In this document: positions 20,325 to 28,596 of the stretch, one piece after another | Position numbering within the stretch: the first letter of the stretch is position 1 | Layout: each line of letters begins with the position of its first letter | Source of the DNA: Azoarcus sp. | Lineage (GTDB): Bacteria > Pseudomonadota > Gammaproteobacteria > Burkholderiales > Rhodocyclaceae | Reading direction: 5' to 3' | Assembly: GCA_031268195.1 (NCBI GenBank) | Contig: JAIRXQ010000024.1 | Span: forward strand, 36,428-100,427 | Length of the DNA: 64,000 nucleotides | Made by a program: the position numbers and the translations under genes | The notes under the pieces: model-generated | Databases searched by the model: none | The model's input: the letters and a program-made list of their open reading frames with translations, nothing else | Told to the model about the DNA's origin: nothing

Positions 20325-22669
20325 GGCTGTTCCACGGCTTGTTCGTAGGGTTGATGGGAGATGGCGTAGGCCCACGTCCAGGAGCGTTCGCCGCCCGCGG
20401 CGTCGAGCTGCTTGCGTTCCACCACCATGGCCGCCCAGCGCCCGACGATGCGCGTCGGCGTCAGCGTCGCGGGCCGGGCGTTCAGGTTGATGACGCGCAG
20501 CGCCGTGATGTAGTAGCCGTCTTTCTGCCAGGCGGCCACCGCCTGGAATTCCAGATCGTCGCCCAGCTGGCGCGTCTGACGCGCGGCAATGGGCAGGTGA
20601 ACCGGCTGCAAATCTCCGGGCGGCGGCGCGGTGGGGTCTTCCTGCCGCACCGCGTCGGCGGCGGCGCGCGCCAAGCCGCCGAGACGTTCGAGCTCGGCCT
20701 TGTTGCTGCTCGCCGCCGCAGCGGCGGGCGGGGCGGCCGCCGGCGTTGCGCCGCCTGCCGCCGCGGCCAGCCCGAAAGCCGGGTCGAACATGGAGTCGCG
20801 CTTCTCGGGTTTGGCCGTCGCGGCCAGTCCCTGCGAGGAGCCGCCGGCATCCAGCGAACGCACTTCGGCCTCCTTGCCCCGCGCCAGCGTGTCGCTTTCT
20901 TCCGGCGTCTCCAGCACGTGCGGCGTAATCAGCAGCACGATCTGCTTGCGCACGTTGGATTTCACCTTTTTCTTGAAGAGCACGCCGAGGCCCGGAATAT
21001 CGCCGAGCAAAGGGACTTTTTCTTCCGCATCGGAGACGCGCTGCGAAATCATGCCGCCCACCGCCACGGTGAGTCCGTCGCGCGCATGCGCGGTCACCTG
21101 CAGGTTGGCGGTGTTGACCGTGTCGATGGGGTAATCGAAGGTTTCGCCGTTGGGCAGCGGCAGCGGCATGCGCGCGCCGCCCGCGTTGATGCGGGAATTG
21201 TCCTGGTCGACGGTGAGCGTCACCGAGCGGTCGGCGTTGATGCGCGGCAAAATGATGAGTGTCTGGCCGACGTTGCGCCGCTCGGTCTCCACCGTGATCG
21301 TGGTGTTGTTTGCGCCGGTGGTGCCGGTGGTGCTGTCGGATTCCGCGCCGGTGATGAGAATTTGTTCATCCCCGATGAAAAGGCGCGCGGGCTGGTTGTT
21401 CGATGCCACCAACATCGGCGTGGCAAGCACGTTGACACGGTTTTCACTCTCCAGCATTTGCAGGCGCAGGCGCAGGGTGTCGCTCACCAGTTGCCAGACG
21501 GCGGTGGCGGTTTCCTCGGGGCCGAAATTGCCGAGCGAGGCGGCGTTGCGGGGATAGCCGCCTGCCACGCTGCCGTCGATGTCGCTGCCGTGGTTCAGGC
21601 CGTACGGCCCGCTCGTGCCGTTGTCCCGCACGCGGGTGGTGCTGTTGCCGCTCAAGCCGATGTCGAACACCGAGCGGAAGTCGCCCCCCAGCTCCACTTC
21701 GAGGATGCGCATCTCCAGCAGCACCTGACGCGGCGGGTGATCCATGTCCGTGACGAGTTTGTCGATGTCTTTCAGCGCCGCCTCGTCGCTGGTGCGCACC
21801 AGCAGCAGATTGTGCTGCTTGTTGTAGGTAATGTTGATCGGCGGGCCCTGGTTGGAGACCGCCTGTTGCAGCTCGGAGGCCTCGACGCGCATCACCGCGC
21901 TGCCATCGATGTCGAGCGAAGCTTCCAGACCGGCTTGCGAGACGTTGGCGATTTCCGTGCGCGGGTCTTTCCCCGCCATCTGTCTCACGCCCCGACTGCC
22001 GCCGCTGCGCCGCGTGGTCGCGCCTTCCGGACTCATGGAAAAGCCGCGGCTCGAACCGCCGCCCAGTCCCATGCCGCCGCTTGCGCCGTTCATGCCGCTC
22101 GAGCGGCTTCCCGTGCTGCCGGTTTGCGTGCGGGCGGTGCTGCCCATTTCGAGCGGCGGCATTTCCTCCACTGGCTCGACGAGATTGACCCGTTCGCCAT
22201 AGAGCGCGGCAATCGCGTTGGCAATGCTGACGACATTGTTGTGGCGAAGCATGTAGTTGCGCGTGATCTCGTCGCGCGTGATGGCGATGTCCTGCTGGTA
22301 TTCCTTGGCATCCATCAGGATGTAAGCCTTGGTCTGGCTGTCGTAGCGATACCAGACCCCGGCGGCGCGCGAAAGGCTTCTCACCATGCCTTCGACATTG
22401 ACATCGCGCAGGTAGAGCGACACTTTCTTGTTCGCCACGCTGGAGGTGACGACGATGCTGGTCTTGCCGATCTGCGAGATGAACTGCGCCGCTTCATCGA
22501 GCGTGATCTGCTTGAAATACACGTCTCCCGGCGAACCGTTGGCGTCGAGCCTGGCGGGCTGTAGCGGGCGCGCGGCGGCGGGTAGCGCGGCCGTGAGCGC
22601 CAGCGCCAGCGCCGTAACCCGCAAAACGGGGGAAAAGCATTCGAGTCTTCGCATGGTTGACCTGTTCAT
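20321..22669 (-). CDS. Secretin (GspD/PilQ family) with an extra C-terminal domain
   Basis: Signal, N0-like and N3 domains, QVLLEMRILEV, VLATPMLVASNNQPA, TVAVGGMI, KVPLLGDIPGLGVLFK, IVLLITPHV. Confidence 0.92.
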   Translation of the reverse strand: MNRSTMRRLECFSPVLRVTALALALTAALPAAARPLQPARLDANGSPGDVYFKQITLDEAAQFISQIGKTSIVVTSSVANKKVSLYLRDVNVEGMVRSLSRAAGVWYRYDSQTKAYILMDAKEYQQDIAITRDEITRNYMLRHNNVVSIANAIAALYGERVNLVEPVEEMPPLEMGSTARTQTGSTGSRSSGMNGASGGMGLGGGSSRGFSMSPEGATTRRSGGSRGVRQMAGKDPRTEIANVSQAGLEASLDIDGSAVMRVEASELQQAVSNQGPPINITYNKQHNLLLVRTSDEAALKDIDKLVTDMDHPPRQVLLEMRILEVELGGDFRSVFDIGLSGNSTTRVRDNGTSGPYGLNHGSDIDGSVAGGYPRNAASLGNFGPEETATAVWQLVSDTLRLRLQMLESENRVNVLATPMLVASNNQPARLFIGDEQILITGAESDSTTGTTGANNTTITVETERRNVGQTLIILPRINADRSVTLTVDQDNSRINAGGARMPLPLPNGETFDYPIDTVNTANLQVTAHARDGLTVAVGGMISQRVSDAEEKVPLLGDIPGLGVLFKKKVKSNVRKQIVLLITPHVLETPEESDTLARGKEAEVRSLDAGGSSQGLAATAKPEKRDSMFDPAFGLAAAAGGATPAAAPPAAAAASSNKAELERLGGLARAAADAVRQEDPTAPPPGDLQPVHLPIAARQTRQLGDDLEFQAVAAWQKDGYYITALRVINLNARPATLTPTRIVGRWAAMVVERKQLDAAGGERSWTWAYAISHQPYEQAVEQP

Positions 22670-23181
22670 CTGACCTGCAATTTGTATTGCGGCGCGCCAG
22701 CGCCGCGCAGCATCACGCCGTCGGCCTCCACCGTCACCGTGTAACGGATGTCATTGACATTGAGTTCATCGCCGTCGCGCACGACGAGGGTGTCCTTGCC
22801 CGATTCGATCTTGGCGACGCCGCCGTCCGGCCCGCGCACCACCGCACGCAGGCGCAGGCTGTCGCTCAAGGTCATGCCCTCGCCAGGGCCGACGCGCGGC
22901 GTGGACGTGCTCTCGCGCAACCGCGGTGACACCTCGAAGGGATCGCGCTCCGGCGCATCCGGGGTGATCGAAGTGCGCGGCGGCGCGATGACGAGCGGCG
23001 AGAAACCGGCGGCGGCGTTGCCGGTGCGCCGATCCACCTCGGCGCGGTATTGGTCGATCACCCGCATCCCTTCGACGATGGGTTGCGGCGTCTCCGGCGG
23101 CAGCGCGGTTTGCGCCGTGGCCACGCAGGAAAGCAGGACGAACGGGACGATGAAAAATGGATACGTGCGCACGGCGTTCAT
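22666..23181 (-). CDS. PilP-like exported accessory protein
   Basis: Signal peptide, Pro-rich linker, RDPF motif, short beta domain; directly upstream of the secretin; GGAGG RBS. Confidence 0.55.
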   Translation of the reverse strand: MNAVRTYPFFIVPFVLLSCVATAQTALPPETPQPIVEGMRVIDQYRAEVDRRTGNAAAGFSPLVIAPPRTSITPDAPERDPFEVSPRLRESTSTPRVGPGEGMTLSDSLRLRAVVRGPDGGVAKIESGKDTLVVRDGDELNVNDIRYTVTVEADGVMLRGAGAPQYKLQVR

Positions 23182-24410
23182 GCTCCTCCGGTAGAAACCG
23201 ACAACATCGCCTGAAAGAAGGCGAAATAAGTGAAACCCACGATGCTGCCGACCACCAGCACGAGCACAGGCACGATCATTTCGGAGAGCAGCCTGACGCG
23301 ATTGTCGAGCGCCTTCTGGTAATAACCGCCGAGCGTCTCCATCACCGTGTCCAACTGGCCGCTTTTTTCGCCCACCGCCGCCATGTGTTGAACGAGGCGG
23401 GGCAATATGGGCCGGTCGAGCGCGGCAGCCAGCGTGCGGCCCGACAACACATCGTCGGCCGCGCCCGCAAAGGCGCTGGCATAGGTGGCGTTGCCCGAAA
23501 TCTGCTCGCAGGTGCGCAAGGACTCGAGCACCGTCAGGCGGCTCCTGATGAGCACGCCGAAAACCCACGTCGCCTGGGTCATCGCCGCCAGAACGATGGT
23601 GCTGCCCAGCAGCGGCAGATAGAGCGCCACGCGGTCGATGACTTTTTTCGCGGGCGGGAAACGCCGCCCCAGCGGTATCGCCATCACGGCCGCCACCACC
23701 GTGAGTCCGAGCGGGCCGCCCCAGACAGCGAGCCAGTCGGAGACATCCATCAGCGTGCTCGCCGCCCAGGGCAACGCCTTGCCGCGCGCGGCGAGGAAAG
23801 ACATGAACTTCGGTATGACGGAAGCCACCAGAAAATAGATGATGCCGGCGGAGGCGACCACCAGAATCATCGGATAGATCGATACCGTGAGGATTTGCCG
23901 CCGCACGTCGGCGCGGCGCTCGATCATCGCCGCCAGCCGCTCGAACACGGCGCCCAGTTCGCCCGATGCTTCGCCCGCCTCGATCAGCTTCAGGGCCAGG
24001 CGGTCGAACAGTTCCTTCTCGCTCTCGCACGCCACCGACATACTGCTGCCGCGCTGAATGCGCACGGCGATGCGATCGAGCGTATTGGCGAGCCGCACGC
24101 TGCGCGTCAGGCGCGAGGCGGCGGACAAGGATTCGAGCAGGGTATGCCCGGACTTGAGCATCAACTGCATCTGGCTGAAGAACAACACCCGGTCGCCGTT
24201 GCTGAACGAGCGTTGACTCGACATCCAGCGGAAAAAGCCCTTGATCGCCGCCCACACCCCATCGCCACCCAGTTCGCCCTGCACGAGGGTGAGCACTTTC
24301 AGCCCCTGCTCGCGCAACTGCCGCCGCGCGGCGGATTCGTCCGGCGCCTCCATCTGGCCGCGCATCTCCGCGCCGCGCGCATCGAGGCAGAGGTAGGCGT
24401 AGGCGCTCAC
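23178..24410 (-). CDS. Type IV filament inner-membrane platform protein (PilC/GspF)
   Basis: Two T2SSF repeats (FFSQMQLMLKSG...GEASGEL...YP; GEKSGQLD..METLG.YY); GTG start. Confidence 0.93.
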   Translation of the reverse strand: MSAYAYLCLDARGAEMRGQMEAPDESAARRQLREQGLKVLTLVQGELGGDGVWAAIKGFFRWMSSQRSFSNGDRVLFFSQMQLMLKSGHTLLESLSAASRLTRSVRLANTLDRIAVRIQRGSSMSVACESEKELFDRLALKLIEAGEASGELGAVFERLAAMIERRADVRRQILTVSIYPMILVVASAGIIYFLVASVIPKFMSFLAARGKALPWAASTLMDVSDWLAVWGGPLGLTVVAAVMAIPLGRRFPPAKKVIDRVALYLPLLGSTIVLAAMTQATWVFGVLIRSRLTVLESLRTCEQISGNATYASAFAGAADDVLSGRTLAAALDRPILPRLVQHMAAVGEKSGQLDTVMETLGGYYQKALDNRVRLLSEMIVPVLVLVVGSIVGFTYFAFFQAMLSVSTGGA

Positions 24411-26005
24411 AAGAACACCCTCGCTTCCTCGAAGCTCGTCAGCCCGTCGAGCACCTTGGCGCGCGCATCGTCCGCCAAGCGCCAGTAATCCTTCGCCGTC
24501 TCCGCGATCACACGCTCGCCCGCCCCGTTTGAGATCGCCGCCGCCAGATCGGCATCCACCCACAGCGCCTCATACAACCCGATGCGGCCGCGATAGCCGG
24601 AGCCGAGGCAGCGCGGGCAGCCGCAAGGCGCAAAGATGCGCGGCGCGGCCGCCTCCTCCGCAATGCCGAGCAGGCGGCGCTCCTGCGGCGCGGCGTCCCG
24701 CTCGCGCTTGCAATGCGGGCACAACATGCGCACCAGCCGCTGCGCGAGGATGCCGCGCAGCGTTGCGCCGAGCATGAAACGCTCGCAGCCGATGTCCGTC
24801 AGCCGCGTCACCGCGCCGGGAGCGCTGTTGGTGTGCAGGGTGGACAGCACCATATGCCCGGTAGTGGCCGCCTTCAGCGCCACGTCGGCCGTGTCGAGGT
24901 CGCGGATTTCGCCCACCAGGATCACGTCCGGATCGTGGCGTAGGAAAGAGCGCAAGGCGCTCGCGAACCCCACCTTGCTATTGACCTGCACCTGCGAGAC
25001 GCCGGGAATCACCTGCTCGATGGGGTCTTCGGCGGTGAGGATGTTGAGGCTGTCGGCGTCGAGCTCGCGCAGCGCGCAATACAACGTCGTGCTCTTGCCG
25101 CTGCCGGTCGGCCCCGTCACCAGCACGATGCCATGCGGATGGCTCAGCGCCTCGCGCAGCCGCGTGACGGCGGCGGGCGAAAGGCCGAGCGCGTCGAGCC
25201 GCTGCCGCCCCGGATCGCTTTTCATCACCCGCAGCGTCAGGCGTTCGCCGAACTTCACCGGCGCGGAAGCCACCCGCATCTCGATGTCGCCGCCTTCGCC
25301 GGAAGGGTAGATCAGCCCGCCGTCCTGCGGCGCGCGCGCCTCCGCAATGTCCATGCCCGAAAGCACCTTCACACGCGAAATGAGCGCATCGCCCAGCTCC
25401 TTGGCCAGCGGCGCGCCGAACACTTCGAGACGCCCGTCCACCCGCAGCCGTACGCGCGCGCCGTTTTTGATCGACTCGATGTGGATGTCGGAGGCGCGGC
25501 GCAGGAAAGCCTCGCGCACGATACGCTCGAACAGCCGCACCGGGTCTTCGGTCTCCCCCCCCGCGCTTGCCTCGTGTCCGCGCAGGCGCAGAATCAGCAG
25601 CGCCAACCCTTCCGGCTCCGCCAGCGCCAGCGGCAGCACGCCCACGACGCGGCGCGCGCTCTCGATGCCGATCACATCGTCCGGATTGCCCACCACCAGA
25701 TGCGCCGCCCCGCCCGCGTCGCGCAGCACCGCCATCGGATGGCGTTTCAGCAGCGGCGCGGGCAGCTTGGCAAGCAACACCTCGTCCGCCGTCCAGCGCG
25801 CCAGATGCGCGTAAGGCAGCCCGCGCACCTCGGCCAGCGCGAGGTAGAACGCCGTTTGCGGCAACGAACATTCGACGGCGAGCGCCTCCATCAAACTCAC
25901 CCGCCGCGCCCGCGCCACCGGCCGCAGCCGCGCCAACTGGTCGTTGTCGAACAGGCCCGCCTGCAAACCGGCCTGAATCAGCGTGGCTTCGGCGAGGTCG
26001 CTCAT
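24407..26005 (-). CDS. Assembly ATPase (PilB/GspE)
   Basis: RRASDIHIE, GPTGSGKSTT, EDPIE, LRHDPDVILVGEIRD, GHMVLSTLH, CPHC/CPRC zinc site. Confidence 0.93.
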   Translation of the reverse strand: MSDLAEATLIQAGLQAGLFDNDQLARLRPVARARRVSLMEALAVECSLPQTAFYLALAEVRGLPYAHLARWTADEVLLAKLPAPLLKRHPMAVLRDAGGAAHLVVGNPDDVIGIESARRVVGVLPLALAEPEGLALLILRLRGHEASAGGETEDPVRLFERIVREAFLRRASDIHIESIKNGARVRLRVDGRLEVFGAPLAKELGDALISRVKVLSGMDIAEARAPQDGGLIYPSGEGGDIEMRVASAPVKFGERLTLRVMKSDPGRQRLDALGLSPAAVTRLREALSHPHGIVLVTGPTGSGKSTTLYCALRELDADSLNILTAEDPIEQVIPGVSQVQVNSKVGFASALRSFLRHDPDVILVGEIRDLDTADVALKAATTGHMVLSTLHTNSAPGAVTRLTDIGCERFMLGATLRGILAQRLVRMLCPHCKRERDAAPQERRLLGIAEEAAAPRIFAPCGCPRCLGSGYRGRIGLYEALWVDADLAAAISNGAGERVIAETAKDYWRLADDARAKVLDGLTSFEEARVFL

Positions 26006-26751
26006 TTGCACTCGTCCTCTTTCAGCCACCGCCCGCCCGCCCGGATGTGGTCGAGCGTGTTACGAAATCCCGGTTCGAGCGCCACCGCTTGTTCGGCATA
26101 AGAAAGCGCCCGTTCGTCGCCCATGTGAAAAGCCAATGTCGACATCATAAAAAGTGACTTGGCATCCTGAGGCAATCCCATGCTCTCCCGGTACGCTTGC
26201 GCTTCGCGTAGAAGATGCAGGGCTTTGGCACAATTCCCGGTTGTCTGTTCTTCTATTGCCCGTAAAGCCCCGATTTCTTTATCCCAAGCCGGCTCGATTA
26301 TTTTGAGCAGATTGACTTCATTGACGGCAGCCTGCATTTTTCCTTTCAAATCATGAATGGCATTTTTTTCTTCTGCCGTGAAACGACGCTCCCACGCTGC
26401 TTGCATTTTTGTCGGCGGCAAATGGTGCAATTCGCTGGCAATGCTTTCCGCTTTTGCCGCGAACTCCAGCTCGGTCTCCATCTCTTTCACCGTCAGATGA
26501 CGCAACAACGATGCGCCCAAGGCCTGCCGGTAGCCTTTCGAGCGAAAAATGACAACGAGTTCCGGGATAGATGTTTTCTGGCCTTCCTCTTGCGCTATGC
26601 GTTGTGCGGCGTCCATGGTTCTCTCGACCGACGATATATATTGGTCCGCAAGCCGCTCCGCCAGCTCGATGTCGGAAGTGTCTTTCGAGCAGCCCACCAT
26701 GAAAAACACCGCCAGCGTCAAGGTGATGAAACGAATAAAAAATCGTTTCAT
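26002..26751 (-). CDS. Hypothetical lipoprotein, low GC, TPR-like C-terminal helices
   Basis: Lipobox MVGC; ATGA overlaps on both sides; 28/60 GC at 26281-26340. Confidence 0.7.
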   Translation of the reverse strand: MKRFFIRFITLTLAVFFMVGCSKDTSDIELAERLADQYISSVERTMDAAQRIAQEEGQKTSIPELVVIFRSKGYRQALGASLLRHLTVKEMETELEFAAKAESIASELHHLPPTKMQAAWERRFTAEEKNAIHDLKGKMQAAVNEVNLLKIIEPAWDKEIGALRAIEEQTTGNCAKALHLLREAQAYRESMGLPQDAKSLFMMSTLAFHMGDERALSYAEQAVALEPGFRNTLDHIRAGGRWLKEDECK

Positions 26752-27893
26752 GCCCGCCTCCCCGCCACCGCTGCCGCCGCTTCGCCGCCGCCGTGCTTCA
26801 GCAGCCAGTCGAAGCCTTCCGGGTTGCGGACGAGCGGGCGGGCGACGTCGACCGCGACGCGCTTGTCGCGCACCAGTTGCGCCAGCGACTGATCGTAGGT
26901 CTGCATGCCGAGGCTCGCGCCGGATTCCATCGCCGAATAAATCTGCGCGCTGCGCCCGGAGGCGATGAGGTTGGCCACCGCCGGGGTGCCGCGCAGCACT
27001 TCCACCGCCGGGACGCGCCCGCTCTTGTCGGCGCGCGGCAGCAGTTGTTGCGCCACCACCGCCTTCATGACGAAGGAGAAACGGTGCCGCGCCAGCTCCT
27101 GCTCCTCGCCGGGGAAGCCGCCGATGAAACGTTCCGCCGCGCCCACCGCGTCGCCGGTGTGCAGGGTGGAAAAAACGAGATGGCCGGTTTCGGCGGCGGT
27201 GAGCGCGGCGCGCATGGTTTCGGTGTCGCGCATCTCGCCCACCAGGATCACGTCCGGGTCCTCACGCATCGCGGCGCGCACCGCCAGGGCGAAATCGGGC
27301 GTGTCGGTGCCCAGTTCGCGGTGGCTGACGAGGCTTTGCAGCGGACGATGCACAAACTCCACCGGGTCTTCGATGGTGAGGATGTGGCGCGCCAGATGCG
27401 CGTTGATCTCGTGGATCAGGGTGGCAAGCGTGGTGCTCTTGCCACTGCCGGTAACGCCCGTCACCAGCACGAGGCCGTTGGGCAGATAGGCGAGCTCCTT
27501 CAATTCCGCCGGGAGCATGAGTTCGCCGAGGCTGGCGAAACGTTCCGGCAGATGCCGCGCCACCAGCGCCAGCGCGCCGAGCGACTTGAAGAAATTGAGC
27601 CGGAAACGGAAACCGCCCGGCGAGGTATAGCCGAGATCGGCGCTGCCGCTCTCGTCCAGCGAGCGCTGGCGAATGGCATCGAGCAGATACGCGGCGAGCG
27701 CCCCCATGTCGGCGGCGTCCCAATGGCGCTCGCCGCAGACGCGCAGTTCGCCGTGCGCGCGCCAGTGCGCCGCGCGCCCGACCGCCAGATGCAGGTCGGA
27801 GGCGGCCCGCACGGGAAGTTGCTCCACCAGCAGGTGGAAAGCCGCCACGGGCGGCAGGCCCGCATCGGGGAGGCGTTCGGCTTCAGATGGCAA
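26748..27893 (-). CDS. pilT: PilT/PilU-family retraction ATPase
   Basis: ASDLHL, GVTGSGKSTT, EDPVEF, MREDPDVILVGEMRD, ETGHLVFSTLH, GMQTYDQSL. Confidence 0.88.
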   Translation of the reverse strand: MPSEAERLPDAGLPPVAAFHLLVEQLPVRAASDLHLAVGRAAHWRAHGELRVCGERHWDAADMGALAAYLLDAIRQRSLDESGSADLGYTSPGGFRFRLNFFKSLGALALVARHLPERFASLGELMLPAELKELAYLPNGLVLVTGVTGSGKSTTLATLIHEINAHLARHILTIEDPVEFVHRPLQSLVSHRELGTDTPDFALAVRAAMREDPDVILVGEMRDTETMRAALTAAETGHLVFSTLHTGDAVGAAERFIGGFPGEEQELARHRFSFVMKAVVAQQLLPRADKSGRVPAVEVLRGTPAVANLIASGRSAQIYSAMESGASLGMQTYDQSLAQLVRDKRVAVDVARPLVRNPEGFDWLLKHGGGEAAAAVAGRRA

Positions 27894-28596
27894 GGTGAAT
27901 CTCCACTTCCAGCCACTGCTTGGGCGGCGCGGCGGTGGCGCCGAGGCTGCCGTCGCGGTCGGCGGCCGGCGCGGCGTTGACGCCGATGTCGCTCCACACC
28001 GGCGCGGCGGTTCTCGACAAATCCTTCAGCCCGTCGAGAAATTCCATCAGCCCGCGATAGCTCGCGCGCGCCTTCAGCCGCAGCAGCGGGCGCTTGTAGG
28101 CATTGCCTTCAGCGGCGCTCTTGAGCAATTCCAGCGTCGGCGGGCGGTCGCGGTCCTCAGTGCGGCGGTAGATGTGTTCGAGCGCGGTGACTTCCATGTC
28201 CCCGCTCGCGGCCAGATTCGTGAGTTCGGTTTTCAGCGCCTGCAGACTTTCGAGGTCTTCCAGCGGCACGAAGCGGCCGATCAGCCGCGTCCGTTCTTTT
28301 TCGAGCTCTTCCAGCGCGGCGCGCGCCTTGCCGAATTCGATGTGCGTGGTCTGAATATCCTGCCCGTCGAAATTGAAATTCTTCAGCGCCGCTTCCGCGC
28401 CGCCAGAGGCGCGGAAGCGCGCCGTCTGCTTTTGTTCCTTGTAGCGCAAATCGCCCAACTGCTTGTCGCCCGGCATCCAGAGCAGCAGCCCGTAGAACAG
28501 CGCGATGAGAAAGCAGGCCGCGCCCACGAGTTGATGGCGCTCGGGGGCGGAAAAGTGCTGCCAGAACGCCACGATGCGCCGCAGGGCTTTTTTCAT
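27883..28596 (-). CDS. PilO/GspM-like bitopic membrane protein
   Basis: One N-terminal TM, coiled coil, ferredoxin-like tail (ASYRGLMEFLDGL); lies after the PilN-like gene. Confidence 0.6.
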   Translation of the reverse strand: MKKALRRIVAFWQHFSAPERHQLVGAACFLIALFYGLLLWMPGDKQLGDLRYKEQKQTARFRASGGAEAALKNFNFDGQDIQTTHIEFGKARAALEELEKERTRLIGRFVPLEDLESLQALKTELTNLAASGDMEVTALEHIYRRTEDRDRPPTLELLKSAAEGNAYKRPLLRLKARASYRGLMEFLDGLKDLSRTAAPVWSDIGVNAAPAADRDGSLGATAAPPKQWLEVEIHLAI

